A stretch of DNA of 64,000 nucleotides from an uncultured virus (IMG/VR IMGVR_UViG_3300032050_000027) (IMGVR_UViG_3300032050_000027), one strand, 5' to 3'. Shown: positions 7,572-17,677, counted from the stretch's first letter. Program-made: numbers and translations. Notes: generated from the sequence alone by a model not told the origin.

Positions 7572-10500
7572 TTAGCCTCCAGCAGCGATTTCACCAGTGT
7601 TCTTGATACGCAATGGAATATAGATAAACTCCACTGCCTTCACTGGTTCTATGGCAATATCAACCCACAACTCATTACGGTCAATACGAGCTGGAGTGTT
7701 GTTACTCAAGTCGCACACTACCAAGTAGTCATAGATTGCACGTTTAGCAATCAAGTCAATCATCAAACTGTTGCAAGTGTTGGTGATCTCATTGCGTGTG
7801 ATTTCGTCATTGGGCTCAAACAAATACAGTTTACCAATTTCTTCAAGACGTCCACGCAAGAATGCAACCAGTCGTGCAACGTTGATACGATCCAATGCTG
7901 TGGTAACAGTGGTCGATGTCTTGTTACCAAAGTTGGTAATACCCACACCTGGAATAAAGGTGATTGGGTTGATGTTACGCTCATACAGGATGTCACGTAC
8001 AGCTTGTCCAACGCTGAGTTGTTCAAATTCGCCAGTTGCGGCATTGATGTAGCCGATGGCCACAGCATTGTCAACAACACCACGACGTGTGCCTGCTGGT
8101 GCCAACCATGGATAGCTCACAGCGTCTGATCGTAGAATTGTACGCATCATCATGTGACTTGGCGCACTAACCACAGTGTTTCCGCTGAGATCGCTTGTTT
8201 GGCAACTTGGGTAGAAGTTGGCGGCGTAGTTGCTGGTTGATGTCAATCCATCTTCAGTATCTAAACCAAGTCCAAGGTTGTTGGTAGCCCAGCTAACCAA
8301 GCTGTTGCCATCTGGTCCAAGACGCATTGGTGTATCACCAACCACAAACAATGTGTTGTTGCGCTCGTTGCTGAGTGCAATCATGTTTGGTGTCAACTCA
8401 GGATATGCTGTGGCAGAAATCAAGTTGAATCCATTCTGCTCTTCTCTTGCAGCAGCACTGGTATCAATACCTGACTTCATTGCTGCCACAACCATCTTGC
8501 GTTGTGCTTGACGTCCAGCAAACATTGCACCAGTATCTTTGTTGCCGCTAGCTGTCAACCAGGTATTCTTCACAGCTGGCAATGTATCATCTGGGAAGTC
8601 TGTGGCATTAAAGTAGTCGCTTTGATAGCTCTTGACATTGTATCCTGATCGACGAGTGTTCCATAACAACATGCCTTGTGGATACAGGGCAGGATCTGGA
8701 GCATCCAAGTCTAAATAGTTAGAACTTGCCAATGCTTCAATGGTTGGGAATGGATCACTGATCGGATCTGTGGTACCATTTGTGGCCCAACGAGCGTCGG
8801 CAAATAGTATACCATTTTCTGTAACTTGATCAGTGGTATTGATTGCTACCCACTGATCAACGTTGTTTACTGATTCCCAACGATAAATCAATGGATAGTT
8901 TTCAAGATCACTTGAATCAATCCACAAATCACCGTACTCCAAAGGAGATTCAGCAGCATTATTTTGTGTTGTTGGTGCAGTCGCAGCCACAATAGGTCCA
9001 CTTGCATTGGTAATTGTCAAATCGTAACCACGAACATCATTAGTTACGTTTTGATATCCAATCCAGCTGCCGTTGTTTTGAATCATGATATCAACTTGAC
9101 TTGGAGTGCTGTAATACCACAAACGTCCGTCATCTGGATCAACGTCAGGTGCAGTGTCGCTGGCTGTGTAAGTGAACAAGTCAGCTGTGACCCAGTTGCT
9201 CAAATCTAAAAACGTGTCATCAGTTTTATTAAGGCGGCATTTGGGTGTTGCGTCTGTAAATCCAGCTTCAAGAATTGGTGTCCCTGAAACTTCTTGCAAT
9301 GCAATAGATCCGCCTTGACTGTGTGAAAACACAATGTTACCAGCTGAGTTCACACTGGCTGATACATAAGGCACATTGGCAGCACTTATTGCTGCAATAA
9401 AATCAGCCACTGTTCCAGTACCACCAACAGTTGCAGTGCCTTGGTTAACTGTAGTTGCTGATCCAGCAACAGACGCTCTTATAAGAAGCGAATCACCAAC
9501 AGTAAACGATGGAGGCACAGTAGTACCAGTAACTACAGTAGCACCAAGTGCAATTCTTTCAAGGATTTCAAAATTAAATTGTGGGAATCCAGAAGCAGAT
9601 TCTACAGCTTGTGTTAGCACATAGGTCGTTCCTACTGGAATATTTTTACCACCACCAGATGGATCTAGATCATAATTGGCAGCACGGTCTGAAGTATAAA
9701 CGCCACTAACTTGACTTACCCAAGCACCCAAGGTGGTGCTGTATTTTTGCACTTTCAAACTCATGCCATTGTTGGCAGAGCTGATGTTGTTCCATATAGA
9801 TCCAGTTGGACGAGGACTTGTATCAGTGGTTCTCCAGCGTGGAGCTTGATAACTGTACCCCACAAAGTATGTGGGTGCAAGATAATCTTTAGCTTCAATG
9901 CCTAATGCTGTCAGTAATGCTGCACCGCTGGTTGGTCCAGCTTCAATTGACACAATGCCACCTGAGCCAGTAGATCCGTCATTGGTAGCGTCGCTGGTGG
10001 CAAAAATTTGTAACTTACCACTTACTGCGGCGGCTGTTACACCAGTTATAGAAGCAGCAGTAATAACTGCCGCTAGTCCAGCAACAGTATTGGTAGCACC
10101 CACTGTGATCAACGTATCGTTGATAAACATGCTTGCACCAACAGTCAATGTGGCAGGACTTGCTGTGCCTGCCACTGTGGCCCACGATGTTTTCCACTCA
10201 TCAGTACCAATTTGCACCCAAAGATTGCTAGAATTTTTGTAGTAGCCTGGTATAAACTGCGCAAATGCAATTACAGCATAGTCACCAACACTGCCAATTG
10301 ATGGCAATGGCTCATAGTCTCCGCCTGCGGCATCAACAACATCATCTTCGCTAATGATTTGAATTGGTGTTTTGACAGTGAAAACATTGGTAGTTTCATT
10401 CCACTCTTGGATGCCCCAAACTGATGTTGAAGTATCTAACCAATAGGTACCGTCAGCTGGCTCACCTACCGGACGAGTCAAACTAGCAGTAAGCTCTGTG

Positions 10501-10847
10501 AGATCAATATCACAACGTTGGATATAGGCACGATTTGTAACGCCTAGTGCCGAATAAGCAGCCAGTAGACCATATTCGTTGAGTTCGTAACCGTTGATTG
10601 GAGTGCCAGTTGTGGTAGAATAAAAGAATGGCACACCAAATGTGGCCACCAAATCTCGTTGACTGGTGATTAAATAGGTTTTGTTGGCGTTGGCAGCAGT
10701 TGTGCCAGCAGCAACAGTTACTCCATCGCCTGACACTTTGTTTTGTGCAGTGGCAATGAGGAAATACGGTACGGTGTTAACGGCTGAAGGGATATATTGA
10801 CTTTCGTCAATTACTGTTACTTCTACGCCTGGGGATACTAGAGCCAT
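7572..10847 (-). CDS. gp18: Tail sheath protein with large insertions (1091 aa)
   Basis: MALVSPGVEVTVIDES N-terminus; C-terminal PWLAPAG..RG, INPI, RINVARL, FEPND, NNTPARIDRNEL, PVKAVEFIYI. Confidence 0.95.
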   Translation of the reverse strand: MALVSPGVEVTVIDESQYIPSAVNTVPYFLIATAQNKVSGDGVTVAAGTTAANANKTYLITSQRDLVATFGVPFFYSTTTGTPINGYELNEYGLLAAYSALGVTNRAYIQRCDIDLTELTASLTRPVGEPADGTYWLDTSTSVWGIQEWNETTNVFTVKTPIQIISEDDVVDAAGGDYEPLPSIGSVGDYAVIAFAQFIPGYYKNSSNLWVQIGTDEWKTSWATVAGTASPATLTVGASMFINDTLITVGATNTVAGLAAVITAASITGVTAAAVSGKLQIFATSDATNDGSTGSGGIVSIEAGPTSGAALLTALGIEAKDYLAPTYFVGYSYQAPRWRTTDTSPRPTGSIWNNISSANNGMSLKVQKYSTTLGAWVSQVSGVYTSDRAANYDLDPSGGGKNIPVGTTYVLTQAVESASGFPQFNFEILERIALGATVVTGTTVPPSFTVGDSLLIRASVAGSATTVNQGTATVGGTGTVADFIAAISAANVPYVSASVNSAGNIVFSHSQGGSIALQEVSGTPILEAGFTDATPKCRLNKTDDTFLDLSNWVTADLFTYTASDTAPDVDPDDGRLWYYSTPSQVDIMIQNNGSWIGYQNVTNDVRGYDLTITNASGPIVAATAPTTQNNAAESPLEYGDLWIDSSDLENYPLIYRWESVNNVDQWVAINTTDQVTENGILFADARWATNGTTDPISDPFPTIEALASSNYLDLDAPDPALYPQGMLLWNTRRSGYNVKSYQSDYFNATDFPDDTLPAVKNTWLTASGNKDTGAMFAGRQAQRKMVVAAMKSGIDTSAAAREEQNGFNLISATAYPELTPNMIALSNERNNTLFVVGDTPMRLGPDGNSLVSWATNNLGLGLDTEDGLTSTSNYAANFYPSCQTSDLSGNTVVSAPSHMMMRTILRSDAVSYPWLAPAGTRRGVVDNAVAIGYINAATGEFEQLSVGQAVRDILYERNINPITFIPGVGITNFGNKTSTTVTTALDRINVARLVAFLRGRLEEIGKLYLFEPNDEITRNEITNTCNSLMIDLIAKRAIYDYLVVCDLSNNTPARIDRNELWVDIAIEPVKAVEFIYIPLRIKNTGEIAAGG

Positions 10848-10872
10848 GGTGGGTTCCTTTTCAAGTTGTAGA

Positions 10873-10880
10873 TATTTATG
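10873..10880 (-). promoter_or_regulatory. T4-type late promoter (CATAAATA) for the sheath gene
   Basis: Same nnTAAATA motif precedes many structural genes (4876, 7527, 14330, 15918, 38115, 41168, 42635, 46588, 46872, 48643, 52154 on minus); gp55 is encoded in the window. Confidence 0.75.
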
Positions 10881-10930
10881 GGTAGATTCAAAAAACGGTG
10901 TCGTAGACTGCCCTTACCGTAAGGTTTGAG

Positions 10931-10938
10931 CATAAATA
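10931..10938 (+). promoter_or_regulatory. Late promoter (CATAAATA) for the HNH gene
   Basis: CATAAATA-CACC-ATG. Confidence 0.65.
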
Positions 10939-10942
10939 CACC

Positions 10943-11287
10943 ATGAGACCCATGTGCCCGGCCTGCAATCAACGACCTCGAGCTGTAAACTGCCATAGAG
11001 ATGGCAAGATATACTATCGCAGTCGTTGCGAAACTTGCACGAAGAAAAATCGCAAAATCAAAGCACCGGTGCCGCGCTGGCAGTCAAGCGGATATAAGAA
11101 AAAACCCACATGTGATCGATGTGGGTTTAAGGCCAGACATCACAGTCAGTTGCTGGTATACCATGTGGATGGCAACCTCAATAACTGTGAGCTTCGTAAT
11201 TTAAAGACTGTGTGTATGAACTGTGTGGCGGATTTAAAACGCACAGATTCTACGTGGAAGCCCGGGGATCTTGAACCAGACTCTTGA
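10943..11287 (+). CDS. HNH-family zinc-finger endonuclease-like protein
   Basis: CPAC..CETC, CDRC..HVDGNLNNCELRNLKTVCMNC. Confidence 0.75.
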   Translation: MRPMCPACNQRPRAVNCHRDGKIYYRSRCETCTKKNRKIKAPVPRWQSSGYKKKPTCDRCGFKARHHSQLLVYHVDGNLNNCELRNLKTVCMNCVADLKRTDSTWKPGDLEPDS

Positions 11288-11900
11288 CCTGTTGATACAA
11301 GTCGTCTAGTGTGCCGTTGTTGTCTAGCACAGCATCAAATTCAGTTCCCACCCAGGCAGTTTCTGACGCATGAATTGCTAGTTTTTCCAGTTTGCGTTGA
11401 CTCAGCGCCCAGGTTGAATTGCCATTGGCACCACGATTGACACTTACGGCTGCATTATACCAAGCAGGTTCAGGACCACGCACCACACGCACCACACGTC
11501 CGCCTGCGTTCTTAATGGCTAAAATTTCATTGGGGAAACGGCAGTCTGAGATCACAACATCATCCTGGCTGTGGCGCAGTTTGTTTTCCAAGCTGGCAAT
11601 CCAAATATCATCATGAAACCCGGCTCTGCACACTTCTGTGCCCCAGTATTGTAGTATCCAACGAGGCGTTAGAGTGGGCATGTGCAAGCGTTCTGCCCAC
11701 CACGGATCCACTTGTTCTCGCCATTCACGGGCCATTTTTGTGCGGCCTTCCAGCATGGTTCTGTCCCACCCAAACACTTGTGCCACAGCATCTTTTAATG
11801 TGCTCGCAAAACTTTCTCTACGAAAGTGGTGCAAGTTTACAAGATAATCAGCTATGGTGTCTTTGCCAGACCCAATGAATCCACATATACCAATGATCAT
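11250..11900 (-). CDS. gp1: Deoxynucleoside monophosphate kinase (T4 gp1-like)
   Basis: IIGICGFIGSGKDT P-loop, SFASTLKD, TPRWILQYWGTEVCR, VVISDCRFPNE, HASE. Confidence 0.92.
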   Translation of the reverse strand: MIIGICGFIGSGKDTIADYLVNLHHFRRESFASTLKDAVAQVFGWDRTMLEGRTKMAREWREQVDPWWAERLHMPTLTPRWILQYWGTEVCRAGFHDDIWIASLENKLRHSQDDVVISDCRFPNEILAIKNAGGRVVRVVRGPEPAWYNAAVSVNRGANGNSTWALSQRKLEKLAIHASETAWVGTEFDAVLDNNGTLDDLYQQVKSLVQDPRAST

Positions 11901-12970
11901 ACAAGTTCCATAAATTTTTCTGTCAGTGTGTTTGGGGCCACTTGGTCATGCAGCATGAGAACGTCAATTGCTGATCCGTTGTAACCGTATTTTGCTAACA
12001 TGGCAGCGGCACGATCAAGTTGTTGTTGATATCGTTGCTTGTTGACAGTATAGTTATGTTCTATATCATTTGCAAGAGATTCTGGATGCTCTGTGGCCAA
12101 CTTATGCAACGCCAAAATGTTTTCATAAATTAGTTCCAAACGGATGTCATTGTTAACTTCCTGATCATACCCTGGATTGGGTAGGTGTTTTTCAAACGTT
12201 TTGTAGCCTAGCGACTGCAATCGTTCCAAGGTTCCTGCTGGGCCGGCAATCACAAAAGGATGGCGATTGTTGATTGCTTTGTAAGTTTTTTCTGTGGCCC
12301 GAGCAGTCAACGCATTGGATTGTTCAAACATGCTTTCACTGACCAAACTCACGCTGGTATCAGCAAATATTTTTGCATCATAATCACAATAATTACAAAC
12401 GTGAATGCTGGACCCACTCACTATTGGTGTCACCCCATCAGGACTGCCTTGCAGTTGCATAAACTCTTGCCATTGCTGATCAGCTGCATGAGGAATCAAC
12501 TTGCGTACTTGATTTTCAATTTGAACAGGTATAAACAACGACCAGCTCAGTTTATCCAGTTGCTCACGCTCATAAAACTTGTATAACAGTGGTGCTCGAT
12601 GTGGTCTATCAGGTTTGCCAATTAAAAATAAAATGCGACTGCCTTGCTTTGCAACAGGCGCAGGAGCATTGTGGATTGTTTTTAACAACATGAAGTCAAT
12701 ATAATCAACATCTATTCCTGGCAAATGTTCTTGAGTGTATTGAGTGTAAAAATTAAAAAACACACAAAATTTCATGCCTAGATTGTGTATGTGTTCTTGC
12801 AGTGCAAGAGTTTGAGCATAGTGCTCTAATGGATTGCAATCTTCTTCCCGACAACCTAATACCAAAACATCTTTGCTTTTTTTAGCAAGAACAGCAATGC
12901 TGGTCAACAAGTTTTCATAGGATACCGGGCTAAATTTTCCGCCAAAATCAAACGTAACCACCTGAGTCAT
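11897..12970 (-). CDS. Hypothetical protein, possibly glycosyltransferase-like
   Basis: GKPDRPHR..SLVSES..TEKTYKAI..PFVIAG..GYKTF recalls the GT-B donor-binding (E..TEK) pattern; family unverified. Confidence 0.4.
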   Translation of the reverse strand: MTQVVTFDFGGKFSPVSYENLLTSIAVLAKKSKDVLVLGCREEDCNPLEHYAQTLALQEHIHNLGMKFCVFFNFYTQYTQEHLPGIDVDYIDFMLLKTIHNAPAPVAKQGSRILFLIGKPDRPHRAPLLYKFYEREQLDKLSWSLFIPVQIENQVRKLIPHAADQQWQEFMQLQGSPDGVTPIVSGSSIHVCNYCDYDAKIFADTSVSLVSESMFEQSNALTARATEKTYKAINNRHPFVIAGPAGTLERLQSLGYKTFEKHLPNPGYDQEVNNDIRLELIYENILALHKLATEHPESLANDIEHNYTVNKQRYQQQLDRAAAMLAKYGYNGSAIDVLMLHDQVAPNTLTEKFMELV

Positions 12971-12976
12971 AGCAAC

Positions 12977-13498
12977 TTATTTCAACTCCCGAACATTGAG
13001 ATATTTAAGTGTATTTTGTAACATGCCTATTTGTCTGCGGCAGTCTTCTAGTGCATGGTGAGTGGTGGGAGGCATGGGTTGGCCGGGCCATAAACTGAAC
13101 ACTGTGCGGCTGTCTCGTACCATGTAGTACTGCCAGGGTAAGGGTTTGTTGTAGCTCTTGTAGGCATGCTCCAGGATGTTCATGTCGTATGTCGGTCCTT
13201 GCGCCCACACACGCTTGGCATGCCAAATTAATCGGCCTAGTCCATCCAGTGCTTGGTCTAATGGTATGCGATCTTCATCAGCAAAGGCTTCGTCACGCAC
13301 CACAGCAGGTTGTGTGGCCCACCATTCTATGGTGCCTTGCTGTATGCTACGAGTTTCTTGACTTTCCAGTGTGACTCTAGCATAAAATGATTGTTCGTAA
13401 CAGCCAGAGCCAAACGGATCAAACGCCTGAGCAGCAATGGTAAGAATAGTAGTGTCGGGGCCTGTTCCCAAGCCCTCAAGATCAATCATCAGGTCCAT
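12977..13498 (-). CDS. DEDDh 3'-5' exonuclease (DexA/Rv2179c-like)
   Basis: DLMIDLEGLG, WAQGPTYD, RDSRT, HHALEDC. Confidence 0.85.
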   Translation of the reverse strand: MDLMIDLEGLGTGPDTTILTIAAQAFDPFGSGCYEQSFYARVTLESQETRSIQQGTIEWWATQPAVVRDEAFADEDRIPLDQALDGLGRLIWHAKRVWAQGPTYDMNILEHAYKSYNKPLPWQYYMVRDSRTVFSLWPGQPMPPTTHHALEDCRRQIGMLQNTLKYLNVRELK

Positions 13499-13504
13499 TT
13501 GATG

Positions 13505-13533
13505 ATTATAACAGATTTATGACTATGTGTCTA
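13505..13533 (-). promoter_or_regulatory. Sigma70-type promoter
   Basis: TAGACA-17 nt-TATAAT with TG extended -10; ATG 6 nt downstream. Confidence 0.7.
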
Positions 13534-13540
13534 CTGTGTG

Positions 13541-14311
13541 TTAACCAATTACCCAAGTCAACGGTTGTGAGCCGTCTACATACATTTTGAGTTGTTCAAG
13601 AAGAGCATCCATTTGAGTTTGCGCTTCGACTTTCATGGCAGTGCCATTTAGAGTGCCGCCGCCTTGTGGGCCTGCAATTTGACCAAACTTCTCACGGGCT
13701 TCACCAATGATCATTTTGCAGTTGGCAACCATGTAGTCTTTGATCCATTGTTGGATTTGGAAATCACTCAACAAGTTGATTTCAGGTTTTAGATTGTAAG
13801 TCCACAACAACACAGCTTCGCCGGTGCCTTTGGGATCACGAATCAATTGCAGTTTTTTGGTTACAGGATTGTATGTGTAGTTCATGTAGCCACCAAACAT
13901 TCTGGCAGCCAGTTCCACATACTGTGAGTAAAAGTCGTATGTGGCCAAGCCGCCTGCCACGTTGAAGTTCATCAGATACACATTCAAGCTGGCCTGACTA
14001 AACGGATCAAAGTTTGATGCAAAGGGTCCAGTTGAGTCACCAAATGTTCTGCGAAATATCTGACGCACACTTATGACTTCTTGCGGCAGCTGGTAGATGT
14101 TTTCGTCCTTGACCAGGTACATGAAGCTGTAGCTTTCTTCATAGGCATTGTTGGCACGTTGACGATAGGTGCCAATGGTCTTTTGATATGCTGCTTCGTA
14201 ATGTTCGGGATCTAGTTCAAGATCGATAATTTGACTGCCCAGCTGAAGCTGTGCATAATCTATGAGATTTTGCTTGAGCGTGGAAAGTGTATCTTGTTGC
14301 TGTTCAGCCAT
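13541..14311 (-). CDS. gp13: Neck protein (gp13-like)
   Basis: LIDYAQLQLGSQIIDLELD..WIKDY..K..IGEAREKF..PQGGGTLNG..EAQ. Confidence 0.85.
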   Translation of the reverse strand: MAEQQQDTLSTLKQNLIDYAQLQLGSQIIDLELDPEHYEAAYQKTIGTYRQRANNAYEESYSFMYLVKDENIYQLPQEVISVRQIFRRTFGDSTGPFASNFDPFSQASLNVYLMNFNVAGGLATYDFYSQYVELAARMFGGYMNYTYNPVTKKLQLIRDPKGTGEAVLLWTYNLKPEINLLSDFQIQQWIKDYMVANCKMIIGEAREKFGQIAGPQGGGTLNGTAMKVEAQTQMDALLEQLKMYVDGSQPLTWVIG

Positions 14312-14328
14312 TGTGGACTCCGATAATG

Positions 14329-15003
14329 TTATTTACCAGGGGTTATCCATTTTTCTAGCTTGGATGCAATCAGTTCATGCCCAAGTTGATTGGGGTGTGC
14401 AAAATTAGGTCTAATAAATTCATTGTCTGCAACATTTAGTAGGTGTTCTCCGTGGTAGTCTGTTGCACCAAACCAGTCTGCGGCTGTTTCTGTTCCTTGT
14501 TTCCAAATTTTACTTGTGTCAACTCCAGGCAGCCATTCAGGATATCGCACCCATCCAGCAAAGTAAAAGTCATTGATTTTGTAATGCTTGGACCAAGATT
14601 GCAAGGCTGTTATTGTGGCCGAAGAACGCATGACTTCGTGTCCTTTGCGATGAAAGTGCATGAACACCTCACGTGCCCATTCTTTGGCGTCTGTAGGCCA
14701 GTGTTTCCACTCACGATCTTGTTCGTTCCATGTTCCAAATCTAGGCCAGTGTGTAGACCTACCTGGATTTGTTAAAAAAAACACAGCAGTGATTTCGTCA
14801 TCAGTGTTGTGATGATCAGCAATGTATTCTTGAAACTGATACAACATGTCCTCATTACTGGCTCCAGCAGATCCGTAGTTGAAAAATTTATCAAAACCCA
14901 TTTGACGTTGCAGTAGGTCGCCGTATGGTACCTCATGGGGTGGGGTTAGCTCTCCGCCTTGTGGCCAGCTGTCGCCAAATGTTAATAACGTTTTATGTGT
15001 CAT
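14329..15003 (-). CDS. SGNH/GDSL hydrolase-like protein (esterase/acyltransferase)
   Basis: FGDSW block I, G-A-SN block II, HPNQLGH block V. Confidence 0.75.
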   Translation of the reverse strand: MTHKTLLTFGDSWPQGGELTPPHEVPYGDLLQRQMGFDKFFNYGSAGASNEDMLYQFQEYIADHHNTDDEITAVFFLTNPGRSTHWPRFGTWNEQDREWKHWPTDAKEWAREVFMHFHRKGHEVMRSSATITALQSWSKHYKINDFYFAGWVRYPEWLPGVDTSKIWKQGTETAADWFGATDYHGEHLLNVADNEFIRPNFAHPNQLGHELIASKLEKWITPGK

Positions 15004-15910
15004 TGGATGCAGTGCCTTTGACTGTGGGGGTAATAATTCTATTGATTCCTTTGTCTGGACAAAATTTACATTGTGGAATTGGGTGCTTTAAACTTTCCAC
15101 CCAATCATCTTTGTAGAGTTCAAAGTTGTCCAAGGTCAGTGGTCGGTAGCTGTTCATGATCTGGCGATCTGATTCAGAAATGTCAAATTGATTTTGTTCA
15201 TCAAATTCTGGAAACAGCGCCGCGGGGCCGCATTTGTATATTTTTCCGCGAACAAAGTGATAGCATTTAAATTTAACAAATCCGCACTGTTGATGACTGC
15301 GTATAGGGTCGCTGTCATGAACAATAAATCGGCCAGTGTTGTTTAACTGCACAGCGGATGTTTGGAAATTGTTGGCTAGGTGCATGCAAACAATCACACC
15401 ATTTTTATCAACCACAGTCCAGTATGAATCCCATCCTTGCCAATTTGGTGGTGGGGGGAGGTCTAATTTAAAACCAAATTCTACTACAACGGTATCAAGA
15501 AAATCCAATATGTTTTGACGCAACATTTCAAAGTCTGCTATGTTGTGCAGACTCACTCCAATGTGATTCACTGGCCTTTCTGGCGGTCGGGGTCTGGTCA
15601 TTGCCTCATACAGTCCTGGGACATGATTCAGTCGAGTGCCATTGGTCAGTATTTCTACATCGCAATTGAATATTTCATTCAAGCCCACTACCCATTCTGA
15701 CAGTGTGGGATTTAGTGTGGGCTCGCCACCTAAGATAGTTATGGCACGTAGTTCAATTTGTTTTGCCCACTGTTGATAGATGCCTTCGTAATCGCTCCAG
15801 CGTTGCCATCCTGAAAATTTATGATTGTTAAAACGGTTGCAATTATCGCAGGTGTAGTTGCAGACATTGGTAATGTAAAATTCTACTTTTTCATCAAATT
15901 TCAATTTCAT
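14993..15910 (-). CDS. Radical SAM protein
   Basis: CNYTCDNC (CxxxCxxC), GGEPTL, TNG; C-terminal Cys cluster (YKC, CKFC). Confidence 0.9.
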   Translation of the reverse strand: MKLKFDEKVEFYITNVCNYTCDNCNRFNNHKFSGWQRWSDYEGIYQQWAKQIELRAITILGGEPTLNPTLSEWVVGLNEIFNCDVEILTNGTRLNHVPGLYEAMTRPRPPERPVNHIGVSLHNIADFEMLRQNILDFLDTVVVEFGFKLDLPPPPNWQGWDSYWTVVDKNGVIVCMHLANNFQTSAVQLNNTGRFIVHDSDPIRSHQQCGFVKFKCYHFVRGKIYKCGPAALFPEFDEQNQFDISESDRQIMNSYRPLTLDNFELYKDDWVESLKHPIPQCKFCPDKGINRIITPTVKGTASNDT

Positions 15911-15920
15911 ATAGCCATAT

Positions 15921-17057
15921 TTACCAGCTCTTGAGTATGATCAAGTTCTCTGTGCCACGGGCATTCCATGCAGTTTCTGTGGCTTTGATATCCTTGAATG
16001 CTTTGCGGGCGGCTGGCTTGCCAGCACCTGTAATACCTTTCAGTTGTTCTGCTGGTTTCCGCAGAGTTTTTTGCATGGTTTCCACAGTTGAGAACCCAAT
16101 GATTGAGTTGTTCTTCACAGTGAATGCCTGTGTGTGGCTGTCTGCCACAAGGTGGATGAGCTTGCGTTTTTTGCTGTCATACAACCAGGCTTCTGTTTTG
16201 TCCACAAGGCTTGCGGCGGGCAAACTCTTGAGTTTGAGCTCTGCAAATTCTGCCAAAATCTTGAACTTGGCCGCACGTTTTTCAGGTGGCACTGCCTTGA
16301 CCTTGCGTGGCTTGCGTTCCACTTTCTTGATCTGCACATAAGCACCACAGTCGTTGACCACAGCTTCGCAAAACTTGATCACATTGCGCAGTTGTATTTT
16401 AGAAAGGTAACTGTAGCCTTCAACCAATTGAGGGTCTTTGCCTTCTGCCACACGCTCAAACTCTGCGAGCTTGCGTTTCCAGTTGTCAGAAATTTGACTG
16501 ATCAGTTGTGGTGCTATGTTCAATCCACGCATGATTACCACAGGCTTGAAGTCAGCAGTCATCTTAGCGCCACTCAACATAAATTCATCAAATAAGCCTT
16601 CCAATTCACCGTTACACTCTGCTGCCTTTTCGCGCAGTCGGTCTTGGATGGTAATTCTTGGTGTAGCGTCTTCCACTACTGCTTCGGACGCAACTTCATT
16701 CTGCTTGCTGTCCAGGATTTCTCGCAGTTGGTTTTCCAGCTTGAGCTGTTCCTCGCCATGCAGTTCCAAGCCCACCATACTCATGCGACACAGCCAACCT
16801 GTGGTCAGTCGAATTGCTGAGTCTGGAATGCCTTTGAGTAACCGCACATCGGCTTTGCGGTCATGTGCTTCGAGATAGTTTACAATCATGTCCCGGGCAT
16901 CTTTTTTGCCGTAGAAATAGTTGTACCAAGAGAACGCTTTGCTCAGTCGACTGGTGCGATACTCTGTGGGCTGGATTTGCCAAGTAGGCTCCATACCTAG
17001 GATGTTAGTGTCAGAACTGCGAGGGTTTAGCAGTTTAATTTTGAATGTGGTGCTCAT
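15921..17057 (-). CDS. Conserved hypothetical protein of T4-like phages
   Basis: 378 aa; AWLYDSKKRKL..VKNNSIIGF..QKTLRKP; SD AAGGA upstream. Confidence 0.6.
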   Translation of the reverse strand: MSTTFKIKLLNPRSSDTNILGMEPTWQIQPTEYRTSRLSKAFSWYNYFYGKKDARDMIVNYLEAHDRKADVRLLKGIPDSAIRLTTGWLCRMSMVGLELHGEEQLKLENQLREILDSKQNEVASEAVVEDATPRITIQDRLREKAAECNGELEGLFDEFMLSGAKMTADFKPVVIMRGLNIAPQLISQISDNWKRKLAEFERVAEGKDPQLVEGYSYLSKIQLRNVIKFCEAVVNDCGAYVQIKKVERKPRKVKAVPPEKRAAKFKILAEFAELKLKSLPAASLVDKTEAWLYDSKKRKLIHLVADSHTQAFTVKNNSIIGFSTVETMQKTLRKPAEQLKGITGAGKPAARKAFKDIKATETAWNARGTENLIILKSW

Positions 17058-17069
17058 GTGTGTCCTTAC

Positions 17070-17357
17070 TTATTTTACAGGTAAATCTCGGCAGAGTTCA
17101 AACAATTCCGTAGCACGTTTGAGTTTAAAGTTTTTGTGGTTGTACATGTACTTTCTCTTGCGCTCTGCAATGTCCAAAGCCTCCATTAGACGCCATTTGG
17201 TGTCAAAGTCTGACTGCATCAAAATACGATTCATATCCACAATGTCCAGGCTGTATTCCACCCATTTTTCTGTGGCTTGTATACGATCATAAGGAACCAC
17301 TGCTTTGGACTTGTTGGCAGTAGAGTACTTTGCAACAAATTTTGCTGCCTTTTGCAT
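17070..17357 (-). CDS. Hypothetical protein
   Basis: ATG at 17357 (MQKAAK...) has AGGAG SD and a sigma70 promoter upstream; track start is 17378. Confidence 0.6.
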   Translation of the reverse strand: MQKAAKFVAKYSTANKSKAVVPYDRIQATEKWVEYSLDIVDMNRILMQSDFDTKWRLMEALDIAERKRKYMYNHKNFKLKRATELFELCRDLPVK

Positions 17358-17384
17358 ACAGACTCCTGTAGTGAACAAGTGTGT

Positions 17385-17413
17385 ATTATAGCAGATTTTG
17401 ATTATTTGGTCAA
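17385..17413 (-). promoter_or_regulatory. Sigma70-type early promoter
   Basis: TTGACC-17 nt-TATAAT with TG extended -10. Confidence 0.8.
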
Positions 17414-17671
17414 GCAGGCAGAAAGTAGTACTAAAGTAAGATCTGATTCCCTGCGGAAGGAAATCCAGAATGGACGATTGGCGCGGCCGTTGTTTTTACC
17501 AAAGTAAGCATGCCAGTCGTTGGTGGGCATGTAACCTTGGCCTCCCAGTTTGGCTTTGCATACTTGTTCAAAAGATGTGCCTTCTCCCAGCCAACTATCA
17601 CATCGCACAGCAATCACATGCCCATGCTGTTTGAATTGGCGGAATCGGTTGTTCAGTTTAACTACTTTCAT
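17402..17671 (-). CDS. Hypothetical protein
   Basis: MKVVKLNNRFRQFK...; ATG 6 nt after the TATACT -10 box. Confidence 0.6.
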   Translation of the reverse strand: MKVVKLNNRFRQFKQHGHVIAVRCDSWLGEGTSFEQVCKAKLGGQGYMPTNDWHAYFGKNNGRANRPFWISFRRESDLTLVLLSACLTK

Positions 17672-17677
17672 GCCCAA

